Assembly (NCBI GenBank): GCA_013115125.1
Contig: JABANN010000114.1
Span: 1-64,000, forward strand
From: Perkinsus olseni
Taxonomy: Eukaryota
Length of the DNA stretch: 64,000 nt
Direction: 5' to 3'
Below the pieces are notes generated by a model. That model was not told the origin of the DNA, made no database searches, and saw nothing but the letters and a program-made list of their open reading frames with translations. The translations under genes were made by a program, and so were the position numbers. Within the stretch, counting starts at the first letter, position 1, and each line of letters opens with the position of its first letter. Shown here in pieces: positions 25,323-41,700 of this stretch.

Positions 25323-27314
25323 CTAGTCCTTGATCCACTCGTACTCGCTTCTGTCAGCCGCGGCAGACTGTAAGCTGGCGTCGCGTCGCCTATGGTAATA
25401 ACGGGGATTTATGGTACGCGAAATGAGCGGAGAATGAATGCTCACCTATTGAAGGCACTTCGCTTGACCGTCAGCTCTTTACTATGGACCTTCTCGCTGC
25501 GCTCATCCACTTGAACATAATCCCTCTTATCATAGCCCTTGTATACCTAACACGATACTCGTGATGAGGACTGTAAGACAAGGGGAGAGGAAGACCTGGA
25601 ATGGACGATAGATTCTGTTCTCTGGATCGTCAATCCACTCCGACCAGTGTGCCAACCAGCCCGCCAATCTCGGTACCGTGAAGAGGATAGGGAACATATC
25701 TATAGCACAGCAGTCGGGGCCTAACCGCGCGCTGTGGTCCTCACCAGTAGGGAAGCCCATCGCCTTATATATGAGTCCAGAATAAAAGTCTACGTTGGGA
25801 TACAGTTTCCTATCCTTGAAGTACGGGTCCGATAGAGCGATTCGTTCAAGGTCCATGGCAACCTCAATGAGAGGCTCCCTGCCACAAATCTCGAAAACCT
25901 AGCCGGGGAACACTCCAGGAGGGGTAGAAGTTATAATAAAGCACACTCAGTGAGTGTCACTCACATCTTCTGCGATCTTCCTCACTATAGTGGCCCTAGG
26001 ATCGTAGTGCTTGTAAACGCGATGACCGAAGCCCATGAGGAGCTCCTTGCGCTGCTTGACCTGTCAAGACGCTTCTAGTTATGTGAGAACAAGGCTCTCT
26101 CAGTGCGTGACCACCTTGTCAACAAAGGTGGGGACATTCTCAATCGACCCAATCCTCTCCAGCATGCGTAGTACTGCTTCATTCGCACCGCCATGGCGTG
26201 GCCCGTACAGCGCCCCAGCGGCTGCTGCACATGCGGTGTAAACATCAACCTGAAAAACACAGTCAGCCGGTGGGCCATGAAGACGGGCTGGTCGTTACAT
26301 TGCTGGAGGTGAGGTGGCGCATAGCACTAGTAGAGCAGTTCAGCTCATGTTCAGCATGCAGTACGAAGAGCACGTCCAAGGCCTTCACAAGCTTGGGATG
26401 GGGCCTGTAACTCGTACCTGATCACAGATGTCATGCAAGATACGAGCGTTGTTCACTGCAACCACTACCCTCATGTGAGACGTCAAGCATGTATAAAAAG
26501 TTCTCAGTGTAGCCTAGATCAGAGTTGGGTGTATTGAATGGTCTACCCATACGATGTCTGTAGGCCATAGCTGCCAGTGTAGTAGCTGACCCCAGGATGC
26601 GGGCAATCTCCTTGTTGCGGACCTGATAAAGGGTGATGATAGCAATAGACTGTAAAAGGACCTACCGCCTTGTCCTTGTAGATATTCTGGCTAGTGAGGG
26701 CTGGGTTGGTTTCAGGATGCAGAGTGCCCAGAGCTGCCATAGCTGATACAAACATACCCATAGGATGCGCATCATAACGGAACGCCTGAAGTTATGACGA
26801 TGATGCCGTGCGAAGGGACGGTGAGGACTGACCGAGGTGAGGGTGGCAACGTCCTGGTGCAACATTGAGTGCCGCATAAGGTCCTGCTCCCACTGCGTCA
26901 GCTGACCTCTCGTCGGCAACTCACCATACCTAGTACGATGATGAGCACTGATATCTACGATAGAGGAGGCCTACTGCAACAGGAAGGCAACCTCAGTGAA
27001 GGAACTGTCCTGCGCCAGCTGTTCTATCGGATACCCTCTATAACGTAATACACCACGATTGCCGTCTATGAAGGATATACGGGATACACAACAAGTAGTG
27101 TTCATGTACCTGACGGACGACGAGCACGCCCATCACATCCTGACAGCGACATACTAGTATACCCAGGGTCGTAGGTTTGAATGCCCAACTGCTTGAGGTC
27201 CGTGGCCCGTATCGTGCCGTCCTTGACCTTCACATCTATCTTCTTACCGCTTCTATTGTCAGTAATAGTCAGGGTAGGGGCGACATGAGCAGCTACGGTG
27301 TTCAGACGATCCAT
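25323..27314 (-). CDS. CS: Citrate synthase, peroxisomal/glyoxysomal (bacterial-like) type
   Basis: [87 protein letters not shown]. Confidence 0.95.
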
Positions 27315-27566
27315 GGAGGATGATGAAAATGGGGGTTAAAAACACTGCTGATGTGATATAGATTAACAACGGTGGTAAAACACGAACCAGGCTTCATACA
27401 GAGGATAAGAAAGGTGACAACTCGATCATTATTAATGATGTATCACCGACAGAACCGTTAACCACAGATGACATCGCGTCGCAGAATAAGACGTGAGGCG
27501 TGGCCCTGGTGGCGATCGCATACCAGTAGTAGCAGCAGCGATATGCCTCAAAAATAGGCGATGTGT

Positions 27567-27590
27567 TCATGGTTTTCATGGTTTTCATGG
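27567..27590. repeat. Short tandem repeat (CATGGTTTT) x ~2.7
   Basis: catggttttcatggttttcatggt read directly, just downstream of the DAHP synthase stop. Confidence 0.7.
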
Positions 27591-27599
27591 TAGAACTCC

Positions 27600-29801
<2,202 letters not shown>

Positions 29802-30128
29802 GCGGGGAGGAGTGAGTAAAGCTGGATGAAACCTATGCTGAAGAAGCTTCAGAGACCATCATAGGGTTCCCATGAAACTAAGCAGAGTACCAGCACCCAG
29901 AGGATTGTCTAAGACAACAGGAGGTGGCACCTCTCGCTATACTTCACCGGACAGGGTGCCTCCCCGAGTATCTCCAGAAACAACCCACCCTCCCACTGAT
30001 TGATAATATCACCACGCCACATGCCAGGAGGAATAAGTGAAACCGAGACAGTTAACCGCCTCTTGTTCAGCATTAGAGCCCTTATTGGAGTATCAAGGTG
30101 TTGGACGTTATAGTGGAAGTTGCAGTGC

Positions 30129-31071
30129 TCAGTGCTTGCCCTTCTTCTTGCCACCTCCTCTACGCCTCGGACCAGCAGTCATGGTTGTGGCTCCCATGGC
30201 TTCGGCAAGAGCTGAGGTGGGCCTGAAATGAGGCATTCCTTGAAAATATCCAAGGTCGGACCGTGTCCTCTATGATCACCTGTTCGGAGGCTCTCGACCA
30301 GCCTGTACTCCGAGAGTGGGTCCCTCTGTGCTGCCAGTGATGCCACCTTCAGCCATCGCTGCCTCTTCCGCCTCGCGCTTCTTAGCAGCTGCCTCACGGC
30401 GGGCCCTCACCTAGTGAATACCAAATGCTTGAAATGATGCTTGAATGCTCTGCGCTCCTCACCTCAGCCAACCGTCGAGCCTGGGCCTTGAACTCTGCAG
30501 TCTCGCCCTTGGCCTGTTTCTCTAGGTAAGCTTTATGGGCCTGTAACATGATAAGGATCATAATCATCATCATCATCATCAGGTACAATATCATTTTGAC
30601 GCTAACCACTACAGCCTCCTTAGCAGCGGCCTCGCGTTCTCGTCGAGTAGGTTGACGCTTCTGATCAGCTCCGATGGGTGCGATGTCGTCATCAGAGTCC
30701 GACCTGTGATACGCGGTGTTGTGGACCAGGCGTGTTGAGCAGCATGACTACCCTGCCGCAGGCTTGACCTCGGGAGCCCTCTTAGATTGAGCAGGTGCAG
30801 CAGCGGCGGCGGCAGCGGCGGCAGCTGGCTCGTCATCCGAGGATGATTCTTCTTCCTTTGCCTGCTGCTGCTGGCGACGTTTAATCTGAACGCCATCAGA
30901 TTTCCCCGCCTCCAGTACTTCCTCAGGCTAGGCTACCTGCTCGACATCCCGATTCCTTCGGGCAATAGCATCGAAGTCCTCTTCTTCGACATACTTCTTA
31001 CCACTCCTCGCCCCACGACCACCTCCACGATGGTCCACTTTATTCCTAGAGCGCTGGTCACGACCCGGCAT
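30129..31071 (-). CDS. PDAP1: PDGFA-associated protein 1 / PP28-like protein
   Basis: MPGRDQRSRNKVDHRGGGRG...SSSDDE...PTRREREAAAKEA|AHKAYLEKQAKGETAEFKAQARRLAEV|RREAAAKKREAE matches the PP28 pattern. Confidence 0.75.
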
Positions 31072-31398
31072 TATCCAACAACTTAGAATACAGAGGAACT
31101 GATGGATGATGACCGGTGTGTCGATGAAGCCGCGGTCACGCTCCCCGTGACGTGTGGTCTATGCCGCCGCTACCACGTCACAATCTGTCCCCTCTTGCTG
31201 CTAGGCTCGGAGGAGCAATCGAAAAGTGGCACAACAAGTCCGTTGTGTCACTTATGGAACCTAGTCCAATCAAGGCGATGAACACAAGGATGATAGTAGT
31301 CGACTGATGATGATAGTCAGGAAACTGTTACAATGATTGTGATATGGTATCGGTAATATAGCACGACGTATAATAGAAGTAGTATAATCATCGTATGA

Positions 31399-32035
31399 TT
31401 ACCGACGCATACGAGGGCCAGCAGCCTCACCACGACCTACGCAACAGTAGACTCAGTATAAGTGCCGCATGAAGAAGAAGCATACTACCTTTGCCCGCAG
31501 GCATACCAGCACCCTTCCCTTTACCCTTGCCCTTGCCTGAAGTAACGTAACACCTCTCTATCCTCATGCGAAAGCCATCAGCACTACTACCTTTCCCAGT
31601 GGTCATCTTCTCAGCCTTCATGCGTTGGAGCCTAATAGCATCCTCTTGTACCATATCCACCACACCATCGGGTATCCGAAGGTACCTTTACCACCAACCA
31701 TCAATACACCAGGACAACAGCATCTTAGCCCTACTTAACATGATTCCCTCGTATATAAGCCTCAGCCAACTTCCAGAAGCGGTCACCATCCTACAGCGAC
31801 GACATGAAGCAACGAAGCTGTCTCCGCGGTCTACCTTGCTGGTAAGGACAGCATCTCTGATATGTAGATTCATCCACGAGTCACAATTGGCCAACACACC
31901 CGAGTAGGCCTCGCCATTCTTCAACTCAACCATCTGAAGGGAGGATGGTCGATAGACGGGAGTCCACCGGATGGGGGCTGATCTTACGATGGGCTGCCCT
32001 TGGGCCGTCTTCAGCAGGCTCATAGGCAAAACCAT
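31399..32035 (-). CDS. LSM4: U6 snRNA-associated Sm-like protein LSm4
   Basis: [40 protein letters not shown]...[25 protein letters not shown], followed by a G/K/R-rich tail. Confidence 0.93.
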
Positions 32036-32314
32036 TGTTCTCTGGCGGTGTGAAAAGCAGAAGCCAACTGCCTCAGAGTACCGCATCCCGACGTTCTGGG
32101 AACACAACCCAATCTAGATTCCGAAAATACTTAAAACGACAATGTGTTTTTGATGTTGTTGATGCTGTTGCCGTTGGAATGCTAGCAGCTATTGATTCAT
32201 CGTAGGAGGGCGGCAGTCAAGCATAGGGAGGCGGAAGTCACTGCAGTGATCACAACCGAATAGAGGGAGACTGTGAGGTCGCCGCTGTTACTGCTGCTGA
32301 AGATGGAAAGGAGA

Positions 32315-34837
32315 TTACTCCTTGCCCATCTGTCTTCCAGCTCTGATGACCTCATCAACAAGCAAGAGCTGCTGGGCTAGCACCTACACATTACGGAAGT
32401 CAGTCAGGAGCCAACCCATTGTTAATGCGGTCATTCTAACTTACTGGTGCTAAGGCGAGGTACTCCTTCTTGACAACGTAATTATCCCAGATACCTGAGG
32501 ATGATCATTGCTTGTCTTCTATTATTACAACTGCTAGCTCACCTTCAGCGGCTGGTGAGATAGCATCGCCTGTGTAGACGTCGAGACCAACTGGCTCACC
32601 ATCAGCGTTCTGGTACTCTGAGAGAGTTCAACGATGGAGCCATGAGCATCCACAGACTGCTACGGTACCTTCCTGCAGCGTGAGTATGGTGTCCTGGATG
32701 TCGAAGCCACTGTTCTCGGCCAGCGTCTGCGGTATCGCCTAACAACATCACAGGGGATACAGAGAGTCGGCTGCTCAGGTGACTGGTACTACCAGCATGG
32801 CCTTAGCAAAAACTTCAACGCCAAGCTTAGTTTTACCGCTGACACTCTTTTTCATGAACTCCATCAGATGGTCATGACCAGCCAGCTCGAAGGCACCTAC
32901 AAGGCGATGAGGCAGAGAGGCTCTTCCACCGTCCTACCAGCTCCAGGGACAACTGCACCGTCCTGAGCCGCATTCCTCACAGCACGTAGCCCATCGCGGA
33001 CCTGAAACGAGGTCCTTTCCAAGCACAAGCTTAGCAACAAGCAACCTACAGCGTCCTTCATCTGGTTAATGACGTAATCATTGGAGCCCTTAAGGAGGAT
33101 GGTGCACGAACGGGGATGCCTGATACGACGAGGTAGATGCAGGCGAGGACTCTGGTGGCTAGCCTTACTGAACTCCCTCAATGAAGGTATACTTATCATC
33201 ACCCAAAACCTTCTCGTACACCTCATCAGCATAGCCAAGGTCATCAGGGGTAAGCTAGAAATAAAGATGGCAACACCTCGCCAAGCAGTGGTGTATTACG
33301 TCCTCCACAGAGTTCACAGCCACACCACCGCATGCAAGCACAAGACGTTCCATGTTCCTCCGCTTAGCCCTACGCAATGCCATGATGCCCTCCTTGGCCA
33401 ACATGTCCAAGGCCGGGGGGTCGATACCTGTACCGGAAATAAACAACCAGAGTGATCAGAGAGGATAACTCACCCTTCTGGTTGATAACAACGAAGTGCT
33501 TGCCAGTCTTGTCGGAGTCGCCACAAACAGTCTGCTTTAATTCGATAATCTTAGCCACCTGACAACAACAGCCCATCATCGCAGAGTCTACTGCGAGAGC
33601 ACCTCCAGCCTACCTTGTCATCAGTGAACTTCCTCTCAGATTCGACCAAACGTTCCCTCTGCTCGGCATTGCTGTAAGCGAAGGTCGTATTCACCTGATG
33701 ATAGTTGGCGAGTATCCGAGCAGGTGACCATCCCTGTTGGCCTTACCTCAGCCTTCTCGTATTCTAGACTAACGTTACACGTAAGTATGTAGCAGTTCTC
33801 GAGCCTGTGAGGCATGTCGGGATGACGGGTGCCATGGTCCAAGACAAGACCCTTGACCAGCCTAGAGTACCACAACTTTCGCAACTCACGGCAGTCAATA
33901 TACTCAGCATGCACTTACCTGGTCTCCATAGCAAGCCTCTCCTGCATGGTCATGATTTCTACCATATTCAAATCCACTTCCTCACTCTCAGTACGGATCT
34001 GTGATAACGACGACGACACTGAAGGTGGAGCGAGGTTAAGGCTACCCCTTACCAGTTGAAGAGCCTGAACAATGATGTCTGCCAACTGGTCGGCCTGCTT
34101 GCCAGGAAGCTTCGTCCGGAGGGAGGTTCCTGCCATACACGAGGATGATGATCGGTCGGCTGCTCCTCAATAGACATATTACTGGCGATGCATGAGAGTA
34201 TATCACTATCATCCCAGCCACACTTCACTTTAAACTCCTCCAGGAAGGTTGCTATCTGAGGCAGTAGCAGGCATGAGCATGCACGGCGAGGTGCCTCCTT
34301 CCCTACCTCCATCCGGGCAGCATCGAAACCATCCGCTAGAATGCGAGGATGTACACCATCAACTATGTATCTGTGAAGATGGCGTTCGGAAGAGCTATAC
34401 TCGACACCCGCGCTACCTCTGGGATAACTTCATAAGTTCACTAATGAAGAGGATAGTAGACGTCGTACCATCACCGCTGGTCTCGTCTTGTGCTGCCGCG
34501 GCTCGGGCTGCAACATACCACAACATGACGGACTCTCAGCGCCGATAGGCCTACTACCTATCATGGAAGCTGTAGGGTGCTGAATTTGCATCTCTTTGAG
34601 AAGGACACTCCCATCCTTGGTGATCTTGATCTGGCCAGCGCCCCCAACGAGCCTGCAATGAGTTCGGATTGGTGTGGTATGATATTCCTCCGTTCACCCA
34701 TACTACATTTTCAGAGTGCCTCTAGGGCCTAAATTGCTCTTCATAACCTCGCTGAGGCCTTGGGCGGCGTTGCAGTTGACCATCAACGCTTGAGTGGCCT
34801 TCAACACATCAGCTTTGGAGTTAACGACGCTAACCAT
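32315..34837 (-). CDS. CCT6: T-complex protein 1 subunit zeta
   Basis: [76 protein letters not shown]. Confidence 0.96.
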
Positions 34838-35330
34838 TACTCGGAAGGATCACAAACGAACTGATGCATGCCACTGAAGCTCATAATGAGCACCCGAGCT
34901 TAGCCACCGATTCATGCGTGGTACCTCTACGTAGCTTCCTCAAACCCAATCTGAATTGTAGATGATAACATGGAAGGGCCTTCGAAGATGAATGCAGCCA
35001 GACGTGTTCAATATCCGATACGATACAGTGTGGTAGACGGATGGTATCTTGGCTGCCTCGGCCGGGGTAGGGAGGTAAATCGATCACGATGGCGGGCGCT
35101 AGTACAATTCTATAGTAAATGGTGGATGGTGAGTAAGAGGCTATGAGGAGGTGGGATCATGCCTGTATGGTATGATAGAAGGAAAGAGGGCCTGTCTGAT
35201 GCTGCTCTCAATAGCTAGTGGGGGAAGGTCCGAACGGTCCAAATGTCGATGAGGCGGGGGTGGACGCGTAGGACGGTGGTGTCATGATTGATTGACGGTT
35301 AAGAGAGTTGTTCGTTTTCCTCGTATTTGA

Positions 35331-36097
35331 ATGGCTCCTAAGAACAAAGGAAAGGGAGGAAAGAACCGACGTCGCGGAAAGGGAGGACGCGGTTATGTCA
35401 AGCGAGAGCTTGAGTTCAAGGAAGATGGCCAGGAATACGCCCAGGTACACCAACTCGACCTATCTCGCATCTTGCATGAGTGGCAGCTGAGTATCCTCTT
35501 CGCACTTCGCAGGTCCTCAAGATGCTCGGCCAGGGTCGTGTCGAGCTTCAATGCTTCGATGGTGTGAAGCGACTGGGCCACATTCGCGGGAAGATGCGCA
35601 AGCGTGTGTGGATCCAGATCGGTGATATCGTAAGCACCGCCAACTGCAGACATATTCTCTTTACGGCCGACCTCTACAGGTCCTTGCTTCTCTCCGTGAC
35701 TTCCAAGACGAGAAGTGTGATATCATTCTCAAGTATTACTACCACAGCTTCCGTTACTCGTCCATACCCTTAACTAGGTATAACGTCGATGAGGCCCGTG
35801 CCTTGAAGCAGCACAAGGAGATACCTGATAACATCAAGATCAATGAGACTGACTTGATGGGCAATGAGGAAGGTAATAACACAACATAACCCATCTCTCC
35901 TTTTCTCACTCTCTTCCATTAGGTTTCTCCGATGATGGCGTTGAATTCGCGGAGGACGTCGATGATGACGAGGAGGATGCAGGCAACCTGCTGGCCCCTC
36001 CCTCTGCCGCTGCCAACCTCAGTAATATACTCCGATTCGACTCGCCTCAGTATCCTGCTATATCTTTTCAGCCAAGGCGGACATCGACGATATCTAA
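35331..36097 (+). CDS. EIF1A: Eukaryotic translation initiation factor 1A
   Basis: [17 protein letters not shown]...[23 protein letters not shown]...[12 protein letters not shown]...acidic tail ADIDDI*. Confidence 0.96.
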
Positions 36098-36321
36098 AGT
36101 GTTTATTAGTGGTCATCATGATGATGGTCATCATCGTCATCATCATCACCAACCTGCCGTTTCCTCGGTTCGAACTATTGCAGAAAGCCGCTATTCATCA
36201 ACTACTACCATGACTTGTGTTTTAAACGTAAACGGAGTATGGAGGCTGCTGCTACTCACCCCGCTCTGTCGTATTACTACTTGGCAGTTTCATACGTGAA
36301 TTTTGGAATTGTAAGGTCGTC

Positions 36322-38243
36322 ATGCCGCCAGCCGAGGGTCATCAGGAGTACATCCAAAAAAAGATCAACCCAGTCCTTGAGAATCTTGTCACCCAGGTAA
36401 CCTTCGGGTCAACCTCCTCCCTCGATGCCGCTACTGGTTCAGTTGCTACTGGAGCGTCCCGAAGACCCTGTACCTTTCATGATTCAGTGGCTATCAGACT
36501 ACGTAGGAGCTCTGTCGGTTCATCACAGTGGGAGTCATGGCCCTTTTCAATGATACATGGTCCCCATGCCATGGGACTAAAATACGCGATTCCCGTTCAG
36601 TCCCGTACTCCTGCTGCTGCTGGCCCGACCACCACTACCCAGGGTGAATCTTCGACGTCGGGAGAAGTCGCTAGACTGCAGTCTGAAGTTGAATCCCTTC
36701 GAGCGTACGGCGTCTCGAATGTGACAGTGCTATCCAATCCTACTCTGGAAGGTATGTAAAGGAGCTCGAGGCGAAGCAATCAGAGTTAGAGGCGGAGAAG
36801 GCAGCCGCTGCCTCGTCGTTGCCGTGTGCTCCCTCTACTACCACCAAGGGTGAGGAAGATTCTGCTGACGAGGTACCAGTGCACCCCTGCATGGAGGTCT
36901 CATCGTGTGTGCTTGGCAGGACAGCTCAGACGATGATGATGAGGATGTCGTCGATGAGCTACCCCCGGTGCCTGCTAGTTATTATCATAGGGGTCCGAGG
37001 GCGAGCGTTAGTGCTGAAGCATATGGCGAGTGGAATAAGTACGCATAGACGCCCCGGAGAGCACAGATACGTCCATGTGCAGGAAGCGAACTGATTTCGT
37101 GGCACCGGTGTACCCCAAGACCGAGGAGCAGTCAGCTCGCATAAGGTCCGTTCTCAATCAAAGCTTCCTTTTCATGTCTGTTGATGAGAAAAGTTTGGAT
37201 GTTGTTATCGGTGCTATGGTGGAGAAGGTAGGAGCGTCTCATCACCGGTTATCTAATATTATACCCTTCACACAGGTAATAGAACCAGGGCAGCGTGTCA
37301 TCAATCAGGGTGATGACGGCGATGTCCTCTACGTTGTTGAATCTGGTAAGACCATTTCCACATCCTGCATCTCCTCAACACTCTGTGCTGGTATTAGGTG
37401 AGTTGGATTGCTACAAGAAGTTGCCTGGAGAAGAAGAGGAGAAGTTAGTAAAGACCTGCACCGAGGGTGACGCCTTTGGTGAGCTCGCCTTGCTCTACAA
37501 CACTCTTCGAGCAGCGAGCGTGCAGGCCAGGTTAGTAGTACATTCATCCTCCCGTGCTGTTGCAGTGATTATTCCGGTTAGGGGCCGCTGCGTGGTATGG
37601 CAGCTGGACCGAGAGACTTTCAACCATATTGTAAGGGAAGCTGCTGCGTCTAAGAGAGAGAAGCATGAGGCCTTCCTCAAGAGCGTACCTCTTCTGGAGA
37701 GCATGGATAGGTAGTACTACAACGGGCATCTTCCTCCATTGCTACGATATCTGCTCAACTAACCCTCGAAGTGGATGACCAACATTGGTAGTTACGAGAG
37801 ATCTAAGATTGCCGATGCATTACGGACTGAGAACTACAAGGCGGGAGAGACTATCGTACGACAGGGTGATACCGGTGATAAGTTCTACATGGTGGAAGAG
37901 GGCGAGTGTACGGTGTATAAGGTCTATGTCCAAGACCAGGTAATAGGGGTTAGGGTGGAGTACAGTAGCAGCTAGTAGTAGTTTATTGGTGGCATATAGG
38001 AGCCTAAGGAGGTCATGCACATAAGGAGTGGTGACTACTTTGGCGAGCTGGCGCTATTGAGCAACGACCCTCGGGCCGCTACAGTGAAGGCCAAGACCGA
38101 CTGCCAGGTACTAATCTCGTAGTGGAAGTATTGTTGTGTAATGCCGTCGTCATCAGGTTCTATCGCTGGACCGTAGGAGCTTCAAGAGACTGCTCGGCCC
38201 CCTTGAGGACATCCTCAAGCGTAACACTGCTCGTTACGAGTAG
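36322..38243 (+). CDS. cAMP-dependent protein kinase regulatory subunit
   Basis: N-terminal dimerisation/docking-like YIQKKINPVLENLVTQLLLERPEDP; inhibitor site RGPRASVSAE; two cNMP domains with FGELALLYNTLRAAS and FGELALLSNDPRAAT. Confidence 0.93.
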
Positions 38244-38731
38244 GCAGCAACTTCACCTGTTATCAACGCCTGATGCCGTCAGCAGCAATAGCACGAGCAC
38301 GATCGCTCCTGTTGCACCGGCTACTCTACTACTATTGATGACCTCTTCCCAATCGTCATGCTACTACTGTTGAAGTGAATGGTGTAGTAATATGAGACTG
38401 TTGTAGTGATAAGACAAGTGTTACGAGAATTCTACAAGTACCGTTTCGTCAGCTGCTACTGTTGCTCGCTCCCTCGGTAGCTAAAACTGTCGTGGAGTGG
38501 CGGCAGTAGTGGTGGAACTTCCGGTGAAGAGATCTCTCCTAATAGGTCAGTCATGAAGGGTAATTGCACAATAGTAGTAGCATCTTCCTTTATCTTCAAT
38601 CATCTTTTATGTGCCACATCATCATCATAAGAGGTTTGTGGGGGTAGTAATAACCTCAGTATAGTATTGAGTTCCTTCGAGTCCCTCACCTCCTGCAACT
38701 TCGCCACTGCCCTTTTGCCAGTAATATTTGA

Positions 38732-41700
38732 ATGACCGGACGGTCGAGTGATGTCGCCGTCGACTCCTCCAACTCCGAGATAGAACTATCTCCGTCCAAC
38801 TGTGCTGCTGCTAATGACCCGCCTCAGTCACTCCCCGATCAAAGAGCCTCTTTCTCCCTCCAGTCGAATACCCTCAGCTTCCGGTAGTATTAACAAGCTT
38901 TTCACTCGCCGCCCCTGGTGGCCCTGTAGGCACACTATGTCGCTGCAGCAAGAAGCACCAGTTGAAAGGGTGGACATCCTCAGTATGAAGCCTATGAGAC
39001 GTAAAGCTCACAGTACTACTGCAAGCACAACCTCCAGACTACCCCTTGTAGGTGTGTTTTACGAGATGGAGCGTCGAAGGCTGGAGCGGTCGTTGGAGGG
39101 GTACAGAGCAGAGCCTGGCTGGGGTGCCAGGTTTGCCGCGGAACTTGTCGTTGTCTTGGTGAGACTCCCATCCTTGCCCAAAGCTTCGACTTGGTGGCTC
39201 CTCTCCAGGTAGCATTTATTCTCTTATCTAACTCCATCGGCCGCAATGTCTTGGCCCAATTATTTCCCGATAAGAACAATCAAGCGGTGTTCCTTGTGGT
39301 CCCTAGTGTGGTTACTGTAATAATACCGCTATGCCCCTTCTCCCCTTCTCAGTGTACATCACCTTGTAGGGTCTCCTCATCATAGTAGCATTAATAAGGA
39401 TATCTTTTCGAAGGAGAAGTGCTATATCGACCCTAGCCGTCACGGCTTTGTTGATTGGAGTGGTATGGATCATCTGGTTGTATAATCCAGCCGATAAATG
39501 GCCAGTAAAAATATCGTCATTAGACGGCCTTCGAGTGACCCTCCCCCTCAGGCCGCATCTCTGAAAAATATAATAATGGTCAGCGTCATTGTTGCTTCTA
39601 TCGAAGTGCTATTGCTATTGATATACGTAAGTCACCTGTTTCCCGCCCTATGAGCTCTGACTCCAGCCTGCAGGTTCTAACCCATTTTGGCTATCCTTGT
39701 ATGCTTAAGAGAGTCCATCCGGATTTCCTTATTAAACACTGGTGGAGGCTTCAACCAGTGGATGAGGAAAATGCTTTTGGGTAGTCCTCGTCATTCACTC
39801 ATCGCTACCCTATGCCGTAAGCTTAGATATTCCTACCAGCGCTATGGTCTATTCTCCCTCAATCGTAACATCTGTAACTACCATGGTGATGTGGACAGTA
39901 AAGGCCGGCCTCATGGTTTCGGCGTATGGACGGATGACTCTCGACACGGCGAGATCCTAAAAGGAGTCTGGATGAGTGGTACGTTGCATCTCTCGATACC
40001 ATACTTCTCACTATTCGTATCCTAGGGTACCCTATGGGTCCTTTCGTGTCACGAGAGTTCAGCAGTGGTTCAGTGAGTGTTTGCCGCCGTATACTATGGG
40101 CCTCGACCCGAGCCGAACCTGGTAACAGTCCTCCTCCCTACGTCGTAGTAGCATGGCCATCCGTTGTTGTCATCAGGTATTGACTGTAAATATATATTCC
40201 CTCATCGTATCGATTCCTGCTTGTACGGTCTAGCATCCGTGGAATGCTCTGTTTCTGGATATTTCTTCAATCATCTTCCCAAAGTGCGGGAGTTGGTTAC
40301 TCGTACTAGCAGCTTTGAGCAGGCGATAGATCACTTCAAACGAGAGTAAGTCTCATCGATCACTATCCCTCGCACACTACTGCCCATCCTAGGTTCGAGA
40401 AGACTGACGAGGAGCTTGTTAACGGTGAGTCTTTTGTCGGGTCAAAGAGAGATGCCTGTCGAAAGGATGTACGATGTTCATCCCCACTGCCTTGTTGGGG
40501 ACATAGCCTCTCAGTGCCCCGCTGCTCCTCCGGCCCTCCGATTACGGCTCCTCACTAGTTTCGGCGCTCTGGAAAGAGGCAGCTCGCAGTTGGCGACGCT
40601 AAAGGACGAGACCGGTAGGGCAGTAGGGTCGATGCTGCTGCGGTCCTCTATCCGATATGTAATCTGTCAGTTGCTACGGAGACGGGCTTCCTCGAGCTCC
40701 TACCACCACAGCCATGTTGTGAAAACTCTGATATGCTCTGGCAGGGAGAGGGTGCTCGAGATGGGAAGAGTGGCAGAGTGTATAGTTGTGGTAATCCTCA
40801 TATCGTTGCTCATCGTCTGTTGGCAGCCTTTACCCCTCCAGGTCACGCCTCTAGCATAACAGCTGCACCATCATACCTGATGCCAGTGCGGAATGCAGAG
40901 GCATTGGTCTACCTACACGGATACAACTGTCCAATATCAAGTGCCATCAAACGGCTAGGCCAGATGCTAGCACTGGGGCAGTTCCCGTTGTGGATTCGAC
41001 CCTTCGTTTTCTCCCAGGGTAAAGCCCGACGAGGATTACTACTATCATTGTCAGTAGCGACCGTTCAGGCACTGGGTCGGCTTTGACTTATCACGCGGCC
41101 AGAGACTGCTTGGTCGACTATGCACCAGATCTAGCTGACTTTGTATCACAGCTCAGGGGAGCGGGATTTCGTCGAATACATTTCCTCGTACACTCCATGG
41201 GGGCAAGGTGGGAGAACAACACGGTGGGCACTCGGCAGCATATCCTTTGCAACTTGGCCCCTCAGGCTCTTCTGTGATGCCTTACCATTCATGATACAAG
41301 ATTCCCTAGTCCGGATACGGGCCTCCACTCATACCACATCTATCTCAGCCATGTCTACTCCTGCTGGTACGTTCTCGTCCGATACAGCTGTACAGTCCCT
41401 TCTCCGTATCACGGGTACATGCATCTTCAATCGACTAACCATGCACGCTGGGCAGGAACACGTCGGAATGGCAACATTCATTTCGAGTGCATTTCCCGCT
41501 CGTACTCGCGAGGAGCGGGCCACTGAAACTTCCGCTGTTTCAGATTCTGTATCACCACTGCCCTGTCACCCTATCATCGACCTAGAAGCTGCTCAGGACA
41601 GCAAGGGGGATCGGATGACTCTACTGAATGTTATATTGGTTAATGCGGACTATCCTCTGGACAAGTTCCGCTACACCGTCCTACCCTCCTTACTCGAGTA

